Assembly: GCA_017467165.1 (NCBI GenBank)
Contig: JAFTST010000004.1
Coordinates: 595 to 64,594 of the forward strand
Length of the DNA stretch: 64,000 nt
Direction: 5' to 3'
Source: Clostridia bacterium
GTDB taxonomy: Bacteria; Bacillota; Clostridia; Oscillospirales; CAG-272
Positions within the stretch are counted from its first letter, which is position 1. Every line of letters starts with the position of its first letter. The notes under the pieces were generated by a model. It was not told where the DNA came from and made no database searches. It saw only the letters and a program-made list of their open reading frames with translations. Of the stretch, positions 9,571 through 16,107 are shown in pieces. The translations under genes and the position numbers were made by a program.

Positions 9571-9747
9571 TCAAATGATGCATCGCCTACGGCGATATGA
9601 TGCATTTGCTTCGCAAATATGATGTTGCTCCACTTCGTTTCGCAATGATGCGATGTTTGCCCCAATGTGCCGTAAGGCACACATCATTCGCGAAGCGAAC
9701 ATCATTAGGCTTAGCCGTCATCATTTGCCGAAGGCAAACATCATTCA
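9571..9747. repeat. mirror-symmetric array: 4 x ATGATG, then 4 x CATCAT, each followed by a short GC-cored triloop hairpin
   Basis: ATGATG at 9575, 9597, 9619, 9645 and CATCAT at 9682, 9700, 9719, 9739. The centre is GTGCC-GTAA-GGCAC (9667-9680). Mini-hairpins include ATCGCC-TAC-GGCGAT, ATTTGC-TTC-GCAAAT, TTCGC-GAA-GCGAA, GGC-TTA-GCC and TTTGCC-GAA-GGCAAA. Confidence 0.85.
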
Positions 9748-9752
9748 AAAAA

Positions 9753-9790
9753 CGCACCTTTGTCTTGGTAGACAAAAGTGCGTTTTTTGT
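9753..9790. terminator. bidirectional rho-independent terminator (terminates the tRNA transcript on the minus strand)
   Basis: CGCACCTTTGTCT-TGGT-AGACAAAAGTGCG stem with one bulge. It is flanked by AAAAAA (9747-9752) and TTTTTTGT (9783-9790) and lies immediately 3' of the tRNA. Confidence 0.7.
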
Positions 9791-9864
9791 TGGCAGCGGA
9801 ACTAGGATTCGAACCCAGACATACAGAGTCAGAGTCTGCTGTGCTACCTTTACACAATTCCGCT
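9791..9864 (-). tRNA. tRNA-Gln (anticodon CUG), CCA encoded
   Basis: The reverse complement folds as a cloverleaf. Acceptor AGCGGAA/TTCCGCT, D-arm GTGT-AAAGGTA-GCAC, anticodon arm GCAGA-CTCTGAC-TCTGT (U33, CUG, A37), T-arm CTGGG-TTCGAAT-CCTAG, discriminator G, then CCA. 74 nt. Confidence 0.8.
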
Positions 9865-9880
9865 ATATTAAGTTTTAATG

Positions 9881-10028
9881 ATTCAAGACATACAGAGTTT
9901 GCCGCTCGGGGTATGCTGCCCGAAGGTTGTGTCGCACTCGCGGTAGATGGAGTAACATCTCCTCGCCTGGCAATATACCGCTTGCGCGGTATGCAGAGTC
10001 TTTTGTGCTACCTTTACACAATTCCGCT
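9881..10028 (-). pseudogene. disrupted second copy of the tRNA-Gln gene with a 94-nt insertion after the anticodon and a deleted T-arm/acceptor 3' strand
   Basis: 10028-9993 matches 33/36 to nt 1-36 of the intact tRNA. 9898-9881 (ACTCTGTATGTCTTGAAT) matches positions 37-49 and then loses GGGTTC. Between them, 9992-9899 contains ATACCGC-GCAA-GCGGTAT, GGAG-ATGTTA-CTCC and CC-TTCG-GG hairpins. Confidence 0.7.
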
Positions 10029-10046
10029 AGGTTTTAACGCTCGTTT

Positions 10047-10075
10047 ATTCTAGCACAAGAAAAAAGTTTTGTCAA
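10047..10075 (-). promoter_or_regulatory. strong sigma70-type promoter driving the pseudo-tRNA + tRNA-Gln unit
   Basis: On the minus strand TTGACA (10075-10070), a 17-nt spacer, then TAGAAT (10052-10047), about 19 nt before the pseudo-tRNA 5' end. Confidence 0.6.
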
Positions 10076-10267
10076 GGGGTTTTTGATAATTTTTGCACTT
10101 TTTTCGGGGGATAATCAATATCCCCCGTCTTTAATTATGTAAGTATATATAGTATGTGTTAAAAGGACTGTGTTTTATCCTGTTACCCTGATTGAGGCCG
10201 CGGGCGAGTATTTTCCCTTTAATAGAAATTCCCCCCGTCATCGAGCAGAGGAAAACGGCGGTTTCCT

Positions 10268-10948
10268 TTAATAGAAATCCTCCTCGTCGTCGAGCAGGGT
10301 AAAGCGGCGCTTTTTCGCCTCGATATAACCTTCCTTTATCAGCCTGCTTATCTCGACAGAGAGCCCCGAGCGGTCGACCTCGAGATAATCCGCCAGCTCC
10401 TGACGGTTAAAGGGTATATCGAAGCTGCGCTTTCCCGTTTCCTTCGCCATAGAGGATAGGTAGGCCAGGAGCTTTTCGCGCGTGGTGCGCTTCGAGGTTA
10501 TTTCAATTCGTCTGTGATAGCTGATGCAGTCGGTTGCGAGCGCCTTCATCAGATTATATATCAGCGTGTGGTGAAAGCCGCAGGCGTTTGAGCAGGTGTG
10601 AAGAATATGAGAGCAGCTTAAATGCATAACCACGGTAGGCTCGGTGGCAACTGCGCTCACGGGCACGTAGTCAGACTCTGCGCAGGCAAATTCCGCAAGG
10701 ACAAGACCGCCCGCGCTAACCTTGGATAAAATGCTCCTTTTGCCGAAGTAGTCTATCTGCTCTATCTGCACGGCGCCTGACAGCACCACTCCTATATGTC
10801 TTGCGGCGCTCCCCTCGGCGAAGACGGTGAAGCTTTTTTCATACTCGACAACCCTCGCGCCAAGACATTCGAGCATCTTATAAAGAAAGTCCTCGTCAAT
10901 TCCAAGAAAAAGCGGACATTTTTTTAAAATTTGAGAAAATTTTTTCAT
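10268..10948 (-). CDS. Crp/Fnr family transcriptional regulator
   Basis: cNMP-binding-like N-domain (FLGIDEDFLYKMLE..., GVVLSGAVQIE) and a C-terminal HTH (RQELADYLEVDRSGLSVEISRLIKEGYI). The start is placed at MKKFSQ (GGAG 6 nt upstream) rather than the ORF-track start at 10975. Confidence 0.85.
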   Translation of the reverse strand: MKKFSQILKKCPLFLGIDEDFLYKMLECLGARVVEYEKSFTVFAEGSAARHIGVVLSGAVQIEQIDYFGKRSILSKVSAGGLVLAEFACAESDYVPVSAVATEPTVVMHLSCSHILHTCSNACGFHHTLIYNLMKALATDCISYHRRIEITSKRTTREKLLAYLSSMAKETGKRSFDIPFNRQELADYLEVDRSGLSVEISRLIKEGYIEAKKRRFTLLDDEEDFY

Positions 10949-11067
10949 ATTTTTCTCCTTTTGTTGAAAATTCAACAGAAATTACACTCTCATTATACTA
11001 TAATGTAGCCAGAAAGGCAAGAGCAAATCTTGTTTTTGATAAAAAAGTGAGGGGAAAGGTGAAAAGA

Positions 11068-11487
11068 ATGAAAAACACCGAAACCCGTCAGCGTGGAGGG
11101 TCGTCCGCCAAAAGCGGACTCAAGCAATGGCCCTGCAGAATAGAGCTGGTGCCAAGCGAGGCGCCCTACCTCGAGGGAGCAGGACTCCTGATAAGCGCCG
11201 CCTGCGCGGCATTCGCTCACCCCGTTTTTCATAACGAATTTATGAGGGACAGAATAAGCCTCGTGTGCTGTCCGAGGACCTCGGGAGATTTCACCGACAA
11301 GCTGTGTGAAATCCTCACCAAAAACAGAATAGAGGATATTCTGGTAGTGAGAATGGAGGTCGGGTGCTGTGAGAGGACCGAGGCTTGTGTCAGGGAAGCT
11401 CTGAAGAGGAGCGGCGAGGGAATACCCGCCCGAGTGGTAACTCTTTCCACCGACGGCAAAATAATTAAAGAAAGTATACTAAATTAA
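11068..11487 (+). CDS. conserved Cys-rich protein (putative Fe-S binding), function unknown
   Basis: LKQWPCRIELVP...LLISAACAAFAH...LVCCPR...MEVGCCE resembles a family usually annotated as 4Fe-4S-binding/ferredoxin-like. The start is uncertain (GVG at 11047 or ATG at 11068). Confidence 0.45.
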   Translation: MKNTETRQRGGSSAKSGLKQWPCRIELVPSEAPYLEGAGLLISAACAAFAHPVFHNEFMRDRISLVCCPRTSGDFTDKLCEILTKNRIEDILVVRMEVGCCERTEACVREALKRSGEGIPARVVTLSTDGKIIKESILN

Positions 11488-11509
11488 AAATAATACAATA
11501 ATAGGAGAA

Positions 11510-11896
11510 ATGAAAATGAGTAAGGTTAAGTTTTATATCTGTGAGAAGTGCGGCAATATCGTAGAGAAGGTTGAGGATTCGGGCGTTCCGGTTGTATGCT
11601 GTGGACAGAAGATGACTCCCCTTGTGGCAGGCTCTGTTGAGGCAAGCCGCGAAAAGCACATTCCCGTAGTTGAGGTGTCCGAGGGCGCGGTTAAGGTTAC
11701 CGTAGGCTCTGTTCTTCACCCGATGAGCGAGGAGCACAATATCAGCTGGGTTTATCTTGAGACAGACAAGGGTGTGCAGAGAAAGCACCTTCTTCCCGAC
11801 GAGGAGCCCGTTGTCAGCTTCGCTATCGCTGACGAGAAGCCCGTAGCGGTATACGCGTACTGCAATCTGCACGGTCTGTGGGTAACCTACCTGTAA
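11510..11896 (+). CDS. dfx: desulfoferrodoxin (2Fe superoxide reductase)
   Basis: N-terminal desulforedoxin motif YICEKCGN...VVCCG, and an SOR domain with KHIPVV, HPM..EH.I.W and AYCNLHGLW. 128 aa. Confidence 0.9.
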   Translation: MKMSKVKFYICEKCGNIVEKVEDSGVPVVCCGQKMTPLVAGSVEASREKHIPVVEVSEGAVKVTVGSVLHPMSEEHNISWVYLETDKGVQRKHLLPDEEPVVSFAIADEKPVAVYAYCNLHGLWVTYL

Positions 11897-11926
11897 TTTA
11901 TTTAAGAAAATTGAAAGGAAACGAAA

Positions 11927-12436
11927 ATGAACGCTAAGGTACACGAGCTGTTGAATCAGCAGATCAACAAGGAGCTATACTCCGCTTACTTATATCTCGA
12001 TTTTTCAAACTACTTTAAGGCAAGAGGTCTTGACGGCTTCGCTAACTGGTATATGATTCAGGCGCAGGAGGAGAGAGATCACGCGATGCTCTTCTACACC
12101 TACCTGCAGAACGAGAACATGCCCGTAACCCTCGAGTCAATTGACAAGCCCGACAAGCTGCTTGACAGCGATATGAACGTGCTTCGTCACGGACTTGAGC
12201 ACGAGAAGCTCGTCACCTCGCTTATCAACGATATATACGAGGCGGCTTACTCTGCTCGCGATTTCCGTACTATGCAGTTCCTTGACTGGTTCGTTAAGGA
12301 GCAGGGCGAGGAGGAAACCAAAGCCAACGACCTTATCTCGAAGATGGAGCTGTTTGGCTCCGACCCCAAGGGTCTCTATATGCTTAATCAGGAGCTGGCG
12401 GCAAGAGTTTATTCTGCGCCCTCGCTCGTGCTCTGA
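11927..12436 (+). CDS. ftn: non-haem ferritin
   Basis: LNQQINKELYSAYLYL...QAQEERDHA...LEHEK are ferroxidase-centre residues in a ferritin-like four-helix pattern. 169 aa. Confidence 0.85.
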   Translation: MNAKVHELLNQQINKELYSAYLYLDFSNYFKARGLDGFANWYMIQAQEERDHAMLFYTYLQNENMPVTLESIDKPDKLLDSDMNVLRHGLEHEKLVTSLINDIYEAAYSARDFRTMQFLDWFVKEQGEEETKANDLISKMELFGSDPKGLYMLNQELAARVYSAPSLVL

Positions 12437-12533
12437 TATTTATAGCCCTCGCGGCGGCTCTCCCTCGAAAAGAGGGGAAACGGGTCTTTCCGCGAGGGCG
12501 AATGCTCTGTACAGAGAAAATGTAAGTAATTGT

Positions 12534-12546
12534 TGTCATAATGACA
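12534..12546. promoter_or_regulatory. candidate metalloregulator (Fur/Zur-family-like) operator upstream of the ZIP transporter
   Basis: Perfect 6-1-6 inverted repeat TGTCAT-A-ATGACA, 14 nt before the ATG at 12560. A second perfect palindrome, CTCTGTACAGAG, lies at 12505-12516. Confidence 0.35.
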
Positions 12547-12559
12547 GAAAGGGACGGCT

Positions 12560-13312
12560 ATGGAGCTCGTTTTGTTGACTGCGCTCGGAGTTGGCGGCGC
12601 GACGGTTATCGGCGCGGGAATAGGCTTTTTATTCCGCAGAATTACTCATACCTTCTCGGACATAGTCCTGTCCTTCGCGGCGGGGGTTATGCTCGCGGCG
12701 GCGGTGCTCGGGCTTGTCGTTCCGTCGCTAGAATACGGGGGCAGGCTCGCTCCTCTTGTAACGGTCACAGGAATTTTTGTCGGCGCTCTCTGCCTCAATC
12801 TCGTGGACAGGCTCGTGCCCCATCTGCATAAGCTGGCAGGTCTTGACACAGAGACGCACAACAACGGAAAGCTCGGAAAGGTATTGCTTTTCGTCACGGC
12901 GATAGCGATACATAATCTGCCTGAGGGAATTGCCGCGGGAGTCGGCTTTGGCACGGGGGACGTGTCGCAGGCGCTTCTAATTTCCGGCGGTATAGCGCTT
13001 CAGAATATACCCGAGGGTATGGTTATTATAGGTCCGCTTCTTGCCGCGGGAGTGAAGCCCGGCAGAACCTTCCTTATAGCTTCGGTAACGGGACTTATTG
13101 AGGTTGTGGGAACGCTTATCGGCTACTTCGCGGTCAGTATTTCATCGATTATTCTGCCATTCGCGCTTGCATTCGCTGGCGGCACGATGCTGTACGTTAT
13201 CTCCGATGAAATGATACCCGAAACCCACTCCCACGGGCACGAAAGAGGGGCAACCTACGCGTTGCTTCTTGGCTTCTGTGTGATGCTGGTGACAGACTTT
13301 CTGCTTGGATAA
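12560..13312 (+). CDS. zupT: ZIP family metal (Zn/Fe) transporter
   Basis: Multi-TM protein with HNLPEGIAAG and LQNIPEGM motifs typical of ZupT/GufA. Confidence 0.8.
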   Translation: MELVLLTALGVGGATVIGAGIGFLFRRITHTFSDIVLSFAAGVMLAAAVLGLVVPSLEYGGRLAPLVTVTGIFVGALCLNLVDRLVPHLHKLAGLDTETHNNGKLGKVLLFVTAIAIHNLPEGIAAGVGFGTGDVSQALLISGGIALQNIPEGMVIIGPLLAAGVKPGRTFLIASVTGLIEVVGTLIGYFAVSISSIILPFALAFAGGTMLYVISDEMIPETHSHGHERGATYALLLGFCVMLVTDFLLG

Positions 13313-13325
13313 CAAGGGGATTTTG

Positions 13326-13355
13326 AAAAAGGCACTCGCGTGCCTTTTTTCTTTT
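13326..13355 (+). terminator. rho-independent terminator after the ZIP gene
   Basis: AGGCAC-TCGC-GTGCCT followed by TTTTTTCTTTT. Confidence 0.65.
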
Positions 13356-13388
13356 GGTATATGGAAGCTCGCTTGCTATAATATCAGT

Positions 13389-13417
13389 TTGACAATCCGC
13401 CACGCTTGTGATAGAAT
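13389..13417 (+). promoter_or_regulatory. sigma70-type promoter of the TIGR01212 gene
   Basis: TTGACA (13389-13394), a 17-nt spacer, then TAGAAT (13412-13417) with TG one base upstream (extended -10). Confidence 0.6.
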
Positions 13418-13446
13418 ATAGAAAAGCTTGTGAGAGGGGGTAGGAT

Positions 13447-14367
13447 ATGCTGTATAACAACCTTTCTGGATATTTAAGAGAAAGATACGGAAAAAGACTT
13501 AAGAAAATCTGCGTTGACGGCGGCTTCACCTGTCCAAACCGCGACGGAAGGTGCGGTGTCGGCGGTTGTATATACTGCGGTGAGCGCGGCGCGGGCGAGC
13601 ATATCAATAACACCCTTTCGATAACCGAGCAGGTAAGACGGGGGCTCGAGGGTGGCACAGAGGACGACGGCTTTATCGTCTACTTCCAGAATTTCACTAA
13701 CACCTACGCCCACGTGTCAATTTTAAAGCAGAGGTACAGCGCCGCCCTGATTGACAGTCGCATCAAGGTGCTCGCTATTGGAACGCGCCCTGACTGTATT
13801 GACGAGGGGGTTGTGAGGCTGATACGCTCATATATGGACAGAGTCGACGTATGGGTTGAGCTTGGACTGCAGACTTCGTCCGACAGGACGGCAGGGATTA
13901 TCAACCGAGGCTACAATACCGACGTCTTCACAAGGGCGGCGACCCTGCTTTCTGAGTACGGTATTCCCTTCGTCGTGCATATGATAATAGGTCTGCCCGG
14001 CGAGAGCTATCTTGATATAGACGACACGGTTGAGGTTATTAATTCGGTCTATCCCTCGGGTGTCAAGATACACGGTATGTACGTTATGAGGGGCACGGTC
14101 CTTGCCGAGATGTACGAGAGGGGAGAGTATACCCCGCTCACGCTCGACGAATACGTTACCCTCGCCGCCAGGGCTATAACGAGGCTTCGCCCGAATATAG
14201 TTCTGCACAGAATAACGGGAGATTGCCCGAAGGGGCTGCTCGTCGCTCCCGAATGGAGCGCGGACAAAAACAGGGTTATAGCCCTGATTAACGAGAAGCT
14301 CACCGAATGGGGAGCAAGGCAGGGCTCCCTCACCGAGGGGGTATTCCCCTGGGATACGGTTGAATGA
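13447..14367 (+). CDS. TIGR01212-family radical SAM protein (YtqA/YhcC-like)
   Basis: Hallmark N-terminus KICVDGGFTCPNRDGRCGVGGCIYCGERG, 306 aa. Confidence 0.85.
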   Translation: MLYNNLSGYLRERYGKRLKKICVDGGFTCPNRDGRCGVGGCIYCGERGAGEHINNTLSITEQVRRGLEGGTEDDGFIVYFQNFTNTYAHVSILKQRYSAALIDSRIKVLAIGTRPDCIDEGVVRLIRSYMDRVDVWVELGLQTSSDRTAGIINRGYNTDVFTRAATLLSEYGIPFVVHMIIGLPGESYLDIDDTVEVINSVYPSGVKIHGMYVMRGTVLAEMYERGEYTPLTLDEYVTLAARAITRLRPNIVLHRITGDCPKGLLVAPEWSADKNRVIALINEKLTEWGARQGSLTEGVFPWDTVE

Positions 14368-14445
14368 CCCTTAATTAAGAATAATGAAGAATCAAGCAGT
14401 TTTTCCCCCTTTCCTGTATATAAGCCAAATAGTCCTTCTATATAG

Positions 14446-14480
14446 AAAACCCGTCCTCAGAGCGAGGACGGGTGATTTTT
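14446..14480. terminator. bidirectional rho-independent terminator (radical SAM gene on +, TIR-LRR gene on -)
   Basis: CCCGTCCTC (14450-14458) pairs with GAGGACGGG (14464-14472). AAAA lies upstream and GATTTTT downstream. Confidence 0.7.
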
Positions 14481-14483
14481 CGT

Positions 14484-16091
14484 TTAGTTCTCCGAATGAG
14501 GAATATCCTTGGAGTCGCAGTATGCGGCGGCGGCAGAGCCGTCGGAGCAGATAACGCGAAGCTTCGAGCAGCCGTTGAAAAGTCCCCAGCCAAATTCCTT
14601 GACGCTGTCGGGAATAACGAGGCGGGTGAGGGAGGAGCAGCCGCGGAAGGCGGTGTCGTCAATCTTGACAACGCTGTCGGGGATAATAAGCTCCTTCAGG
14701 CTCTCGCACATATAGAACGCGCCCTCGCCAATCTCGTAGACGCTATCGGGAATGTTGATTTCCTCAAGGCTCTTACAGCCGCAGAATGCCCAGTCGCTGA
14801 TGGTAACCACGCTGTCGGGAATGCTGTATTCCTTGGACTCGATTTTCGGGGGATAGCAGATAAGAATAGACTTGTTCTTGTTGAAAAGAACGTTGTCAAC
14901 CGCCTTGAACGAGCGGCTCTTGGGGTCAACCGTGATTTCCGAGAGGCTGTTACAGCCGCGGAAGGGTCCTGCGCCCATCGAGAAAACGGATGCGGGGATG
15001 TTGATAGAGGCGAGCGAGGTACAGTCCTTGAAGGCGTTCTTTCCTATCTTGAGAAGGCTCTCGGGAAGACGGATTTTTCTAAGCTCGATACAGCCGTTGA
15101 ATACCATATCGTCAATCTTGGTTACTCTGTCGGGCACGAAGATCTCGGACAGGGATATGCAGTCTGCGAAGGAGCTCTCACCGAGTATGGTGAGCATCTC
15201 GGGAAGGTCGATATGAGCGAGCGCCTTACAGGAGTTGAAAACGCCGCCGTATATTTCTGTCATTTCGTTCTTAAGGCTTACCGATGAGAGCTGAGCGCAG
15301 TTTTCAAAGGCGCGCTCGCCGATCTCGATATCCTTGTTGTCCGCAACCATAGACTTAAGGCTGATGCAGTCGCGGAAGGTGCTCTCACCGACGAAGCTGA
15401 TATTCTCGGGAAGGTGAATCTCCTCTATGCTCTTACAGCCTCTGAATGCCTCGCGGCGAATGGTGCTGACCTCGTCGCCGAGGTGTACCTTGACCAGCTT
15501 TTCGCAGTTCTTGAAGGCGCTCTCGCCGATAACCGAAACTCCGCCGGGAATGGAAATTTCGTCGCTGCCGTCCTTGCAGCTGAGGAGCACTCCGTCCTTA
15601 ACCTCAAGGCTTCTCATAGTTTCCACGGGAAGTCCCGAGATAAGCTTCTGCACGTACTTGTCGAGCGAGGAGCGGGAATAGCCCTTGACGTGCTGAATAT
15701 TCTCAAGAATCATCTTGAGCGCCGGGGGAATCTCCACAGTTTCGTCAAGGTACACGGGGTATATCTTCTTGTTGTTCTTGAACGCGGTGATTATCTCCAT
15801 ACCGCAGTATTTGGAGTTCATAGACGCCTTGGAAATGAAAAGAAGGAACGCGCTACAGCCCTCGATTTTGGTGCGGAGCTCCGCGCGGAAGTCCTCGCCT
15901 ATCTCCATAGTGTCGTCGTACCAGATTCTGAATTTCTCGCGCTCTATGTGCTTTAAGAAGGTATATACCTCGTCGGTGTCAGCGTGAGAGTAGCTTATGA
16001 ATATGTAGGGCTCGTTACCCTCGTAGGAAACGAGGTCGCCAAGGGTATAACCCGATACGATGTTGGTCATTTTGTTGTCGCGGTCGCTCAT
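14484..16091 (-). CDS. TIR domain fused to BspA-type leucine-rich repeats (cytoplasmic, 535 aa)
   Basis: aa 27-150: EPYIFISYSHADTDEVY...RIWYDD...AFLLFISKASMNSKYCGMEIITAF (TIR_2-like, Glu99 in the catalytic-Glu position). aa ~170-520: about 14 LRR_5 units such as IPDSVVKIDDTAFRGCSSLTRLVIPDSV. No signal peptide. Confidence 0.8.
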   Translation of the reverse strand: MSDRDNKMTNIVSGYTLGDLVSYEGNEPYIFISYSHADTDEVYTFLKHIEREKFRIWYDDTMEIGEDFRAELRTKIEGCSAFLLFISKASMNSKYCGMEIITAFKNNKKIYPVYLDETVEIPPALKMILENIQHVKGYSRSSLDKYVQKLISGLPVETMRSLEVKDGVLLSCKDGSDEISIPGGVSVIGESAFKNCEKLVKVHLGDEVSTIRREAFRGCKSIEEIHLPENISFVGESTFRDCISLKSMVADNKDIEIGERAFENCAQLSSVSLKNEMTEIYGGVFNSCKALAHIDLPEMLTILGESSFADCISLSEIFVPDRVTKIDDMVFNGCIELRKIRLPESLLKIGKNAFKDCTSLASINIPASVFSMGAGPFRGCNSLSEITVDPKSRSFKAVDNVLFNKNKSILICYPPKIESKEYSIPDSVVTISDWAFCGCKSLEEINIPDSVYEIGEGAFYMCESLKELIIPDSVVKIDDTAFRGCSSLTRLVIPDSVKEFGWGLFNGCSKLRVICSDGSAAAAYCDSKDIPHSEN

Positions 16092-16107
16092 TTTGTACCT
16101 CCGGAAA

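Noticed and set aside
9571-9747. CRISPR array interpretation of the hexamer/hairpin repeats.
   Set aside because: The repeat units are about 20 nt including the 'spacer' and there are no unique spacers. The orientation inverts half-way, and no cas genes are present in the window.
9899-9992. Group I intron in the tRNA-Gln paralogue.
   Set aside because: At 94 nt it is far shorter than known self-splicing group I introns. The downstream exon lacks the T-arm and acceptor strand, so splicing would not yield a tRNA. It is kept as an unexplained structured insertion instead.
9597-10053. ORFs 9597-9878 (+), 9587-9775 (-) and 9778-10053 (+).
   Set aside because: They run through the repeat array, a terminator and the tRNA and pseudo-tRNA genes. 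Their translations are repeat artefacts (MM.., RxxSF repeats).
10096-10118. 9-bp perfect hairpin CGGGGGATA-ATCAA-TATCCCCCG, considered as a terminator of the crp-like gene.
   Set aside because: On the minus strand (the crp direction) it is followed by an A-run and not a U-run. On the plus strand no gene ends there. Its function is undetermined and it is not called.
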